Part shown: positions 7,870 through 17,286 of the stretch, piece after piece
Layout: the number at the start of each line of letters is the position of its first letter
Position numbering within the stretch: the stretch's first letter is position 1
The notes under the pieces: generated by a model
What the model saw: only the letters and a program-made list of their open reading frames with translations
Database searches by the model: none
Told to the model about the DNA's origin: nothing
Assembly (NCBI GenBank): GCA_002478275.1
Contig: DLMY01000030.1
Span: 45,012 to 65,011, forward strand
From: Actinobacteria bacterium UBA7524
Lineage (GTDB): Bacteria > Actinomycetota > Coriobacteriia > Anaerosomatales > UBA912
Direction of reading: 5' to 3'
Length of the DNA: 20,000 bases
Translations under genes and position numbers: made by a program

Positions 7870-9275
7870 CGATGGCGATAGAGACGCTCGTCGCCATCAC
7901 CGGCGCCGAGCTCGTACATGGCGATCCGGGCGCGATGGTCAACGGGCTTGCGATCGACTCGCGACGTATCGAGCCGGGCAACGCTTTCGTTGCGTTCGTG
8001 GGCGAACACTCCGACGCGCACGAGTTCCTGGAAGATGCCATCTCGTTCGGCGCCAGGGCTCTCGTCGTGAGCCATCCGGTCGAACGGCTCCCCGCCGCGC
8101 TTGAGCAGGCGCGATTGCGCGAGGTGGCCGTCATCCGTGTCCCGGACCCACTCAGGGCCATCCAGCAACTCGCAACGTACCATCGCTCCCGGCTCTTCTG
8201 TCCGGTCATCGGGATCACAGGCTCGACCGGGAAGACGACGACGAAGGACTTCATAACCTCTGTTCTGTCGCAGAGTGCCCGCGTCGTCGCCACCGAAGGC
8301 AATCACAACAACGAACTCGGGGTACCACTGACCGTTCTCGAAGCCGGCGCGGACACAGATGTGCTGGTAGTCGAGATGGGTATGCGCGGCGAGGGTCAGA
8401 TAGCTGAGCTCGCCGAGATATGTCGACCAACAGCTGGGCTGGTCACCAACATCGGAGTGGGCCACATCGAACTTCTGGGTTCGCAGGAGGCGATCGCGCG
8501 TGCGAAAGGTGAACTTGTCCGGGCGATAGATGAGAACGGAACGGTATTCTTGAACGGCGACGATGCCTTCAGCGACATCCTTGCTCAAGACGCGGTGGCA
8601 ACCGTCGTGAGATACGGGCTCGGTGAGGACTGTGAGATACGCGCCGAGGAGATCGAACTCGATGACCAGAGCTGTGCGGAGTTCGTTCTCGTGACACCGG
8701 AGAACCGTCAACAGGTCACGCTGAAGGTGCCCGGCCGTCACAATGTGTACAACGCGCTTGCAGCCGCAGCGGTGGGGCTGCGTCTCGGCATGGATGTCGA
8801 GCTGGTTACCCGGGGTCTGGCGGCAGCGCGTACCGGAGACATGCGCATGCAGTCCTTCGTCACCGCAAGCGGGATACACGCTATCAATGATGCTTACAAC
8901 GCGAATCCGACGTCTATGCGTGCCGCCATCGAGATGTTGGCGGGGCTTTCCTCGGCGGATCGTCGTATCGCCGTGTTGGGGGACATGGCGGAACTGGGGT
9001 CCCTCGCGGAGCTTGCCCATTTCCGGATCGGCGAAGCGGTCGCCCGGTTGGACATCCAGCACCTCGTGACGATAGGTGAGAGGGCCAAACGGATTGCTGA
9101 TGGGGCCCGTGCAGAGGGGATGGATGACGAACGCATTCGCCCGTGTGCGACGGCGGAAGAAGCGAGTGAAGTACTCGACGACTTGCTCGAACCCGGCGAT
9201 GCGGTCCTCGTGAAGGCATCGAGGGTGATGGGCTTGGAGTCTGTGGTGGAAGGGATAGTGACGCCGCGTGTTTAG
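7863..9275 (+). CDS. murF: UDP-MurNAc-tripeptide:D-Ala-D-Ala ligase MurF
   Basis: Motifs GITGSTGKTTTKD, NHNNELGVPLT, VEMGM, NDAYNANPTSM, LGDMAELG and VKASR. Confidence 0.96.
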   Translation: MLTMAIETLVAITGAELVHGDPGAMVNGLAIDSRRIEPGNAFVAFVGEHSDAHEFLEDAISFGARALVVSHPVERLPAALEQARLREVAVIRVPDPLRAIQQLATYHRSRLFCPVIGITGSTGKTTTKDFITSVLSQSARVVATEGNHNNELGVPLTVLEAGADTDVLVVEMGMRGEGQIAELAEICRPTAGLVTNIGVGHIELLGSQEAIARAKGELVRAIDENGTVFLNGDDAFSDILAQDAVATVVRYGLGEDCEIRAEEIELDDQSCAEFVLVTPENRQQVTLKVPGRHNVYNALAAAAVGLRLGMDVELVTRGLAAARTGDMRMQSFVTASGIHAINDAYNANPTSMRAAIEMLAGLSSADRRIAVLGDMAELGSLAELAHFRIGEAVARLDIQHLVTIGERAKRIADGARAEGMDDERIRPCATAEEASEVLDDLLEPGDAVLVKASRVMGLESVVEGIVTPRV

Positions 9276-10311
9276 CCTTGCTCAGTACCCGTCATACCTG
9301 GTGTTCCTGGGCGTGGTGCTCGCTCTGGTCGGATGTGGGGTGTTGTTCCCGTTCTGGATCAGGATTCTGAGGTTCCGCAATATCGGTCAGCAGGTCAGAG
9401 CTGATGGGCCGCAAGGGCATCTGGTCAAGCAGGGTACTCCGACCATGGGCGGAGTCCTCATCCTGATCATCGTGTTCGCCGTGTACGTACTCATGGGCGA
9501 TTTCGGCAGGTCGTCGCTTCTCGCCTTGGGGGCGATGGCTGCCTGCGGGTTGTTAGGTCTGATCGATGACTGGTCCAAAGTCGCTCACGAGCGGTCACTC
9601 GGGCTCACTCCAAGGGCGAAGATAGTCGGTCAGGCGCTTGTCGCTTTGGGGTTCGGGCTGCTTGCGGTGAACTGGGCGGGCGTTTCTCCCTACGTCACTT
9701 TGCCGTTCGTTCGGGGAGCACTGGACCTGGGCGCCTACTCGACGGTGCTGTCGGTGGGAGGGATGGCGATCGCCGTCCCGTGGCTGTACCTCGCTTTGGC
9801 GTTCATCATGATGATCAGCTTCAGCAACACCGTGAACCTGACTGATGGCCTCGATGGTCTGGCCGCCGGCACGGTCACCATTGTGATGCTGGCCTATGCG
9901 GGCATAGCCTTTCGCCAGAACCGGCTTGATATCGCGCTCTTGGCGGCAAGTATCGCAGGCGCCTGTATCGGCTTCATCTGGTACAACAGCTACCCGGCCG
10001 ACATCTTCATGGGAGATACGGGCTCACTCGGCCTGGGTGCGGGTATCGCGGCCCTTGCGATCATAACCAAGACGGAGCTTCTGGCCGTACTCATTGGTGG
10101 CATATACGTGGTCGAAGGACTTTCCGTCATCTTGCAGGTCGCCTCGTACAAACTCACGGGGAAGCGGATCTTCAAGATGGCGCCCATCCATCATCATTTC
10201 GAGATGATCGGATGGTCGGAGACCAAGGTCATGATCCGCTTCTGGATCGTCACCGGCATCATGGCAGGGACCGGGTTCGCGCTGTTCTTCGTGAGTTCGG
10301 TCAGGAGGTAG
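9268..10311 (+). CDS. mraY: Phospho-N-acetylmuramoyl-pentapeptide transferase MraY
   Basis: Motifs KQGTPTMGG, NTVNLTDGLDGL, IFMGDTGSLGLG and MAPIHHHFE in a polytopic membrane protein. Confidence 0.97.
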   Translation: MFSLAQYPSYLVFLGVVLALVGCGVLFPFWIRILRFRNIGQQVRADGPQGHLVKQGTPTMGGVLILIIVFAVYVLMGDFGRSSLLALGAMAACGLLGLIDDWSKVAHERSLGLTPRAKIVGQALVALGFGLLAVNWAGVSPYVTLPFVRGALDLGAYSTVLSVGGMAIAVPWLYLALAFIMMISFSNTVNLTDGLDGLAAGTVTIVMLAYAGIAFRQNRLDIALLAASIAGACIGFIWYNSYPADIFMGDTGSLGLGAGIAALAIITKTELLAVLIGGIYVVEGLSVILQVASYKLTGKRIFKMAPIHHHFEMIGWSETKVMIRFWIVTGIMAGTGFALFFVSSVRR

Positions 10312-10312
10312 C

Positions 10313-11683
10313 GTGTATCCGCTCTCTGGCAGCATTGCCGTGCTGGGACTCGGCAGGTCGGGTCGGGCGACCGCACACTACCTTGCCGATCGCATCGCGG
10401 CTGGTGACCCGATCGAGGTCACCGCATACGATTCGGCGGATTCTGAGGAACTGCGCCTGTACTCGCCAGCGCTTGAGGAGGCTGGAATCCGTGTGGTCTT
10501 GGGCGCCTCTGCCGTGGAAGGAGCCGTCGATCTCGCGATAGCCAGTCCCGGAATCCCTCCGGCGAGCCCCCTGCGACGATCGGCGCAAGACGTCGCAGAG
10601 GAGTTGATCGGAGAGATCGAGTTCGCGTTCAGGCGTTCGCGTTCCCCATGGCTTGCAGTCACCGGAACCAATGGTAAGACGACCGTGACAAGCTTGGTCG
10701 CGCACCTCATGAGTGAGGCGGGGATACCGAACGTCTGTGTCGGCAACATCGGGGACCCGGCCATAGAGGCTGTCGACGGCGCCGGCCCTTCGACAGCCAT
10801 AGTGGCGGAGGTCTCCTCCTTCCAGTTGGCGTTGTCGAAGGACTTCCACCCACGTGTATCGGTACTTCTGAACATCACGCCCGACCACATCGATTGGCAT
10901 GGCTCTCTCGATGCGTACGCTGCGGACAAGGGAAGAGTGTTCGAGAGACAGGACGCTGACGATACGGCGATCATCGATATCGACGATCCGGGGTCCGCGC
11001 CATACGCCGCTCAAGTCGCCGGCCGCGGCGTACGGGTGGTCCCTGTGTCGCTGGAACGGATGCCTGAGGGGGGCGCGGCGCTTGTCGCCGGCGAGCTCAG
11101 GCTCGACACCCCTTCTGGGCAGATCACGTTACTGTCTACGGAGGAACTTCGAATTCGGGGCGCACACAACGTGAGTAACGCCCTCGCGGCCGCGGCTGCG
11201 GTGTATGCGTGGGGAGTCCCGCCCGAGGACATAGCTGCCGGTCTCAAGACTTTCGCTCCGATAGAGCATCGTCTGCAGACGGTCGGTTTCGTCGACGGCG
11301 TCGAGTACGTCGATGACTCCAAGGCGACCAATCCCGCCGCAGCCATCAAGGCGTTGAGTGCATTCGAGGAGCGAGGGATCGTACTGCTGGCGGGAGGGCG
11401 TAACAAGGGCTCGACGTTCGAGTCGCTCGCTGACGCGGCCCGGGTCTGCAGGAGTGTCGTAGTGTTCGGCGAGGCGGGGCCGGAGATCGCTGAGAGCATG
11501 AATCAGGCAGGAGTCCCGGTGGTGGCCGAGGGCGACATGCATTCAGCCATTGTCGCCGCACGGAAGATAGCGACCGAGGGAGATGTCGTGCTGCTCTCGC
11601 CTGCGTGCGCGTCCTTCGATGAGTTCTCAGGTTACGCTGAGCGCGGCCGGGCCTTCGCACATGCCGTCGCGGGCATGAGATGA
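10313..11683 (+). CDS. murD: UDP-MurNAc-L-Ala:D-Glu ligase MurD
   Basis: Motifs GLGRSG, SPGI, VTGTNGKTTVT, EVSSFQL, PDHIDWH, DDSKATN and LSPACASFD. Confidence 0.96.
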   Translation: MYPLSGSIAVLGLGRSGRATAHYLADRIAAGDPIEVTAYDSADSEELRLYSPALEEAGIRVVLGASAVEGAVDLAIASPGIPPASPLRRSAQDVAEELIGEIEFAFRRSRSPWLAVTGTNGKTTVTSLVAHLMSEAGIPNVCVGNIGDPAIEAVDGAGPSTAIVAEVSSFQLALSKDFHPRVSVLLNITPDHIDWHGSLDAYAADKGRVFERQDADDTAIIDIDDPGSAPYAAQVAGRGVRVVPVSLERMPEGGAALVAGELRLDTPSGQITLLSTEELRIRGAHNVSNALAAAAAVYAWGVPPEDIAAGLKTFAPIEHRLQTVGFVDGVEYVDDSKATNPAAAIKALSAFEERGIVLLAGGRNKGSTFESLADAARVCRSVVVFGEAGPEIAESMNQAGVPVVAEGDMHSAIVAARKIATEGDVVLLSPACASFDEFSGYAERGRAFAHAVAGMR

Positions 11684-11714
11684 GGAGCAGGGGCATGAAC
11701 AGGGGATCGCTCAG

Positions 11715-12956
11715 GTGAGCGGACACCAACGATACGCGGGAGGGGCCGCCGCACGTTATCTCGTCATGGGTTCCGCGGTCTTCCTCGTGCTGATGGGTCT
11801 TGTGATGGTGTACTCGGCGGCGTCAGTGTCCGACTACGTGAATTTCGGCGACAGCATGCACCACATGAAACGCCAACTCCTGTTCGCTGCCATCGGTCTT
11901 GTGGTGCTGTTCGTTGCCCGTGCCGTTGATTTCCGGTCGCTGAAGTCCCTTGCATGGCCGTTCTTCGCGCTGTGCGTCGCCGGGCTTGTGACAGTGGCGT
12001 TGATGGGAGTCGGGAAGTGGGGCGCCACCCGCTGGATCGATTTCGGACTGTTCACTGTGCAGCCGTCTGAGTACGCGAAGCTGGCGTGTGTTCTGGTGGC
12101 TGCGCTTCTCCTCACGCAGTACTCCCAACGCCGGATCACCTCGAAGGACCTGTGGGGACGTCTCTTCGTGGCCTGCGGGATCGTGGTCGCTCTCGTGATG
12201 ATGCAGCCTGACATGGGCACGACGATGGCGATACTGATCACCGTCTATCTCGTGCTGCTTCTTGGTGGTGTCGACGCTCGCATCCTTGGATCCGTGTTCG
12301 GCGCTGGGGTTGCTGGAGCGTTGGTGCTGATCTTCGCGGCATCCTACCGCGCGGAGCGCCTCATGGCCTTTCTCGACCCGTGGTCCGATTCCCAGGGGGC
12401 TGGCTACCAGACCATCCAGGCGATGCTCGCATTTGGCTCGGGGGGCATAGATGGTGTGGGCCTTGGCATGTCTCGACAGAAGTTCTTCTATCTGCCGGCA
12501 GCGCATACGGACTTCATCTTCGCCATCATCGGCGAAGAGCTCGGATTGATCGGCACACTCTCTATCGTTGTGGCTTTCGCTCTGTTCGCGTACGGCGGCT
12601 TCCGGATCGCGATCAAGACCAAGGACCACTTCGGAAGGCTCGTGGCGGGCGGACTGACCGGGATGATCGTGATCCAGGCGTTGATGAACATGGCGGCCGT
12701 GACGAACCTCATGCCGGTGACCGGCATCACGATGCCCCTGGTAAGCTATGGGGGATCTTCGATGGTCTTCACTCTGATGTGTACAGGCATCATCATGTCT
12801 GTGTCCTCGCACGGCGCGCACTCGGCACCTGTCAGGCGGGGACCGTCTCTCGATAAGGAGAATGGGCGTGCGGATCGTCATGAGCGGCGGCGGAACGGCC
12901 GGCCACATCTATCCAGCATTGACGGTGGCAGAAGCGCTCACAAGCGCAGGGCATGA
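11715..12956 (+). CDS. ftsW: SEDS peptidoglycan polymerase FtsW
   Basis: Motifs GLVMVYSA, GATRWI, QPSEYAK, QPDMGT, LPAAHTDFIFAIIGEELG and PLVSYGGSS; position between murD and murG. Confidence 0.95.
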   Translation: MSGHQRYAGGAAARYLVMGSAVFLVLMGLVMVYSAASVSDYVNFGDSMHHMKRQLLFAAIGLVVLFVARAVDFRSLKSLAWPFFALCVAGLVTVALMGVGKWGATRWIDFGLFTVQPSEYAKLACVLVAALLLTQYSQRRITSKDLWGRLFVACGIVVALVMMQPDMGTTMAILITVYLVLLLGGVDARILGSVFGAGVAGALVLIFAASYRAERLMAFLDPWSDSQGAGYQTIQAMLAFGSGGIDGVGLGMSRQKFFYLPAAHTDFIFAIIGEELGLIGTLSIVVAFALFAYGGFRIAIKTKDHFGRLVAGGLTGMIVIQALMNMAAVTNLMPVTGITMPLVSYGGSSMVFTLMCTGIIMSVSSHGAHSAPVRRGPSLDKENGRADRHERRRNGRPHLSSIDGGRSAHKRRA

Positions 12957-14007
12957 CGACGTCATATACGTAGGCACATCGTCCGGCCCGGAAGCCCGTC
13001 TCGCCCGTGAGGCGGGCGTCGTCTTCCACTCGCTTCCCGCGCGTGGGTTCGATCGGTCCAGGCCACTGTCGTTGCTCCTGGCGATCTTGGTGCTGACCGT
13101 GTCGACGATCCGGGCTCTGTTCACGTTCTTGTCCCACAGGCCCGATGTCGTCGTGGGGTTCGGCGGATATGTGTCGATACCTGTCGGATTAGCTGCGGTA
13201 GTGGCTCGCATCCCACTCGTCCTCCACGAGCAGAACTCGATTCCGGGTCTCGCGAACCGCATCCTCGCGCGTCACGCTCGCGCTGTTGCTGTGACATATC
13301 CGTCGTCTGTGCCTTACCTGCGGCAGGCGCGAAGAGTGGTGGAGACGGGCAACCCGGTGCGATCCCAGATCCTGAGGGCCGATCGTGAGCGGGGGAGGAG
13401 GCGGTTCGAACTTCCCGGTGATGCCGTGATGCTGCTCGTGTTCGGAGGTTCTCGTGGCGCCAGGCACATCAATCAGGCGTTGGCACGAGTGCTGACCGAG
13501 CTCCTCGGGCATTCGGACGTTCACATCGTGCACGTCACCGGACGAAGCGAGTATGAAGATGTTCTGGATCTCACCCGCGAAGCTGTCGCGACAGGGCGCT
13601 ATCATGTCGTCGAGTACATCGACGACATGGGGTCCGCGCTTGCGGCCGCAGACGTCGTGCTGGCGCGCGCGGGAGCCACGTCAATTGCCGAGATCACCGC
13701 TCTCGGCAGGCCCGCCGTACTGGTACCCTATCCGTATGCGACCGATGACCATCAGACGTCTAATGCACGCGCGGTGGCAGACGCAGGCGGAGCGGTGTTG
13801 CTGGCCGATGAGCGGCTCGATTCGGATGACCTCACGGATGTTCTGACACGGCTGCTGACCGACGAGGCGGAACGGATCACGATGGCTATGAATGCGGCGA
13901 AGATGGGACATCCGGAGGCAGCAGAGAACGTCGCCCAGCTCGTCGTGGATGTCGCAGATGGACCCGTGCACGGGACCCGGAAGGAACCAGAGGGCACAAT
14001 TGAGTAG
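12862..14007 (+). CDS. murG: Lipid II GlcNAc transferase MurG
   Basis: Motifs GGGTAGHIYP, GFGGYVS, HEQNSIPG, TGNPVR, FGGSRGA, RAGATS and DHQTSNA. AAGGAG lies immediately upstream. Confidence 0.96.
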   Translation: MGVRIVMSGGGTAGHIYPALTVAEALTSAGHDDVIYVGTSSGPEARLAREAGVVFHSLPARGFDRSRPLSLLLAILVLTVSTIRALFTFLSHRPDVVVGFGGYVSIPVGLAAVVARIPLVLHEQNSIPGLANRILARHARAVAVTYPSSVPYLRQARRVVETGNPVRSQILRADRERGRRRFELPGDAVMLLVFGGSRGARHINQALARVLTELLGHSDVHIVHVTGRSEYEDVLDLTREAVATGRYHVVEYIDDMGSALAAADVVLARAGATSIAEITALGRPAVLVPYPYATDDHQTSNARAVADAGGAVLLADERLDSDDLTDVLTRLLTDEAERITMAMNAAKMGHPEAAENVAQLVVDVADGPVHGTRKEPEGTIE

Positions 14008-14029
14008 CTCAAGAGACCTGCAAGAGGCA

Positions 14030-15415
14030 ATGAGAGCGCATTTCATCGGCATCGGTGGAGCGGGGATGAGCGGGATCGCCCTTGTCATGCACGATCGCGG
14101 TGAGATCGTGACCGGTTCGGACATGAAGGAATCCCGTTACACGCGCGCCCTGACGCAGGCGGGTGTCGCGGTGGCCATCGGGCACGAAGCTTCTGCGTTG
14201 GGTGATCCGGACGTCGTCGTGGTTTCCTCGGCGATCAGGGAGGACAATCCGGAACTGGTCGAGGCACGAAAGCGAGGTATCGAGATCTGGCCACGCGCCA
14301 GGATGCTGGCTCATCTGGCGGGAGGTCGTGTCACGTTCGCGGTCGCGGGGACACACGGCAAGACCTCCACGAGCGCGATGGTCGCGACCGTCTTGGCGGG
14401 GATCGGAGCGGACCCCACGTTCGTCGTCGGCGGCGAGGTCTCGGCTTTCGGCGCGAACGCCAGAGCGGGCACGGGAGACCATTACGTGGTCGAAGCGGAC
14501 GAATCGGACGGATCGTTCGTCTTTCTTGAGCCAACTATAGCCCTCGTGACCAATGTGGAGGCCGATCATCTCGACCATCACGGTTCTCTTGAGGCGATCG
14601 AAGACGTGTTCCATCAGTTCATGATGCGCTCGAGCCCTGACGGGACGCTGGTCCTGTGCGCGGATGATGAACGCCTGATCCGGATATCGGCAGACGTCCC
14701 ACGTAAGACGTTGACGTACGGCTTCTCCGAGGCGGCCGATGTGCGTTGCCATTCGCTGGTCAGGGAGGGAGATGGGCACAGGTTCTTGATAGACGTGCCT
14801 GATGGCCGAAGAGTTCAGGCGGTGATGCACGTGCCCGGTGAGCACATGGTTTTGAATGCGACAGGAGCGCTGGCCGCGCTGTTCGCTGCAGACCTGGACC
14901 TGGATGCGGCAGCGGCCGCCCTGGATTCCTTCCGTGGAGTCAAGCGCAGATTCGACAGGGTCGGTGAGAGTGGAGGAGTCACGGTCGTCGATGACTATGC
15001 GCATCACCCGACCGAGATACGCGCGACGTTGGCCGCGGCGAGGCAGTGCGGATACGAGCGAGTGTGGGCGGTGTTCCAGCCGCACAGGTACTCCAGGACC
15101 AGAGCGTTCGCTCGTGAGTTCGGAGAAGCGTTCGAAGGTGCCGATCGTTTGGTGGTGATGGACGTCTATAGCGCGGGGGAGCCACCTGTCCCCGGCGTGA
15201 CGGGAAAGACCGTCGTCGAGGCAGTGCTGGGCAACACCCCGCGCGCCCGGGTGGCCTATCTGCCCCATCGCGTCGATGTTCCGGGATATGTCTCGCTCAA
15301 TGTGCGCCCCGGTGACCTGGTGTTGACGATGGGGGCAGGGGATGTGACCAGTATGGGTTCGGAGATACTGCGCGCACTGACGCCTGCGAAGGAGGCCGCT
15401 TCCCTGTGTCCGTGA
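14030..15415 (+). CDS. murC: UDP-MurNAc:L-Ala ligase MurC
   Basis: Motifs HFIGIGGAGMSG, VAGTHGKTST, EADESDGSF, DDYAHHPTEI, FQPHRYSRT and MGAGD. The start is ATG 14030, or in-frame TTG 14000, which has a better-spaced GAGGG. Confidence 0.95.
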   Translation: MRAHFIGIGGAGMSGIALVMHDRGEIVTGSDMKESRYTRALTQAGVAVAIGHEASALGDPDVVVVSSAIREDNPELVEARKRGIEIWPRARMLAHLAGGRVTFAVAGTHGKTSTSAMVATVLAGIGADPTFVVGGEVSAFGANARAGTGDHYVVEADESDGSFVFLEPTIALVTNVEADHLDHHGSLEAIEDVFHQFMMRSSPDGTLVLCADDERLIRISADVPRKTLTYGFSEAADVRCHSLVREGDGHRFLIDVPDGRRVQAVMHVPGEHMVLNATGALAALFAADLDLDAAAAALDSFRGVKRRFDRVGESGGVTVVDDYAHHPTEIRATLAAARQCGYERVWAVFQPHRYSRTRAFAREFGEAFEGADRLVVMDVYSAGEPPVPGVTGKTVVEAVLGNTPRARVAYLPHRVDVPGYVSLNVRPGDLVLTMGAGDVTSMGSEILRALTPAKEAASLCP

Positions 15416-16323
15416 CGCATGCGTATGACGCGCTGCGTAAGGGTCTTACCGGTTCGGTCCGGCGTGATGAACCGATGTCGAGGCACACCACCTACCGGAT
15501 AGGCGGACCGGCGCAACTCCTGATAATCGCCGACACCGTCGCGGACCTGACGCTTACAACCCGGATCCTTGCCGAAGAGGGGATCGAGTGGACCGTGCTT
15601 GGCAAGGGAAGCAACGTCCTGGTCTCCGATAGGGGATACGACGGGGCGGTTCTCATCCTGGGCAGGGATTTCAAGTCGCATGAAGCCAAGGCGGGGCACT
15701 TGCGAAGCGGTGCTGGCGTGATTCTGGCACATCTGGTTCAGGACGCGTTCTCGAAGGGACTGACAGGACTTGAGTTCGCTGTGGGCATACCCGGGACCCT
15801 GGGTGGAGCACTCGCCATGAATGCGGGGACACGAGATGCATGGATAGGGTCCATCGTCGAGAGCATCATCGTGCTCGACCCAGTGGAAGGGCTCGTGGGT
15901 CTGCGGGGTCCGGAGATCGGGTGGCAATACAGATCCAGCGGACTTACGGACCGAGGAATCGTCCTGGAGTGTGTCATGCGCGCCGAACCGGGTGACAAGG
16001 ACGCTATCCGGCGCGCAATGGAGACAAGCTTCGCCAGACGTAAGAAGACGCAACCGGTAGGGCTGCCTTGTGCGGGCAGTGTGTTCGTCAACCCCGCCGA
16101 CGACTCTGCCGGTCGATTGATAGAGCTATGTGGACTCAAGGGAGCCCGTGTGGGCGGAGCGATGGTGTCGGACGTTCACGCGAACTTCATCGTGAACGCA
16201 GGAGGGGCCACTGCTCGCGACGTCCTTGAGCTCATGCACAAGGTACGTGACGTGGTCTTCGAACTGCAGGGGATTCGTTTGCGGCCCGAGATACGCTTCA
16301 TGGGTGCGTTCGATGGCGCGTAG
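15406..16323 (+). CDS. murB: UDP-GlcNAc-enolpyruvate reductase MurB
   Basis: Motifs HTTYRIGGPA, GKGSNVLVSD, GIPGTLGGALAMNAG, AGSVFVNP and HANFIVN. SD AAGGAGG upstream. Confidence 0.96.
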   Translation: MSVTHAYDALRKGLTGSVRRDEPMSRHTTYRIGGPAQLLIIADTVADLTLTTRILAEEGIEWTVLGKGSNVLVSDRGYDGAVLILGRDFKSHEAKAGHLRSGAGVILAHLVQDAFSKGLTGLEFAVGIPGTLGGALAMNAGTRDAWIGSIVESIIVLDPVEGLVGLRGPEIGWQYRSSGLTDRGIVLECVMRAEPGDKDAIRRAMETSFARRKKTQPVGLPCAGSVFVNPADDSAGRLIELCGLKGARVGGAMVSDVHANFIVNAGGATARDVLELMHKVRDVVFELQGIRLRPEIRFMGAFDGA

Positions 16324-17263
16324 AAAGGTGGTCATAGGGGCACCGCCACACGGAGGTCCGGGGGCCTCGAAGAAGGCTAGGCCTAAACCAAAGGCAAAGA
16401 CTGCCGCTGTCTCGAAGCGGGAGAGCACGAGCCATCATTCTGGCAGCTCATCGGGCAAACGCACCTCCGGGGAACGGCGGAGTCCTGCCGCAAGGATGGC
16501 CTCCAACAAGCGAGAGGACCGAGAGCGGCGACTCCGTGTACAAAGGCGGAACCTCAAGTTGAAGTATATACTTGCCCTGATTGGCTGTGGCCTTGTCATC
16601 GGAGGACTGATCTCGGTATATCGATCGGACGTCTTCATGATCACCGATGTCGTCGTCGAGGGATCGGAGAGGGTATCAGCAGATGAGGTCCGGGCGCTCG
16701 CTGGTCTTGAGGTGGGTGAGACGCTGTTGCGGGTTTCGCCCGACGACGTCGAGACCGAGATCCTCAGGAATCCGTGGATCGAGACCGCCGAGGTCAGCAG
16801 GAGGTTCCCGGATACCCTGCGCATCGTCATCGGAGAGCGTCGACCTTTCGCTCTGGTCGACCACGGTGGCGCCGCTTTCCTGCTGTTGGACTCGGCTGGC
16901 CATGTGCTCGAGGAGCGCACGCCGGACTCGACCACCACCGTCATCGTGATCCGAGATGTACCTGACCTGACCGCTGGACCTGGCGAACGTATCGATTCTC
17001 CGGTGCTTCAGAATGCACTGGCAGTGTGGTCCGGATTGAGTACCGAGATGCGGGGGATGGTCAGGGCGATCTCGGCGCCGAGTATCGACCGGACGGCACT
17101 GATCACGCGCGACGATGTCGAGGTCTTCGTCGGTTCTGCCGAAGATATCGAGAGGAAGGATGTCGTGGCACGCAGTATCCTGGCGGAGCAGGCGGGTACT
17201 GTCGTATATATCAACGTGCGTAGTGTAGACCGTCCTACGTATCGCGGACTGGATTCACCGTAA
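16313..17263 (+). CDS. ftsQ: Cell division protein FtsQ/DivIB
   Basis: Basic disordered N-terminus, one TM, and a POTRA-like region (ITDVVVEGSERVS...PWIETAEVSRRFPDTLRIVIGER). ATG 16313 overlaps the end of murB. Confidence 0.88.
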   Translation: MARRKVVIGAPPHGGPGASKKARPKPKAKTAAVSKRESTSHHSGSSSGKRTSGERRSPAARMASNKREDRERRLRVQRRNLKLKYILALIGCGLVIGGLISVYRSDVFMITDVVVEGSERVSADEVRALAGLEVGETLLRVSPDDVETEILRNPWIETAEVSRRFPDTLRIVIGERRPFALVDHGGAAFLLLDSAGHVLEERTPDSTTTVIVIRDVPDLTAGPGERIDSPVLQNALAVWSGLSTEMRGMVRAISAPSIDRTALITRDDVEVFVGSAEDIERKDVVARSILAEQAGTVVYINVRSVDRPTYRGLDSP

Positions 17264-17286
17264 GCGCCCACGAGAGGTGATAGTGC

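Noticed and set aside
6130..15268. Long antisense ORFs (6130-7500, 7794-9062, 11823-12908, 14009-15268)
   Set aside because: They are shadow frames opposite unambiguous mur/fts genes, as expected in GC-rich DNA, and show no recognisable motifs.
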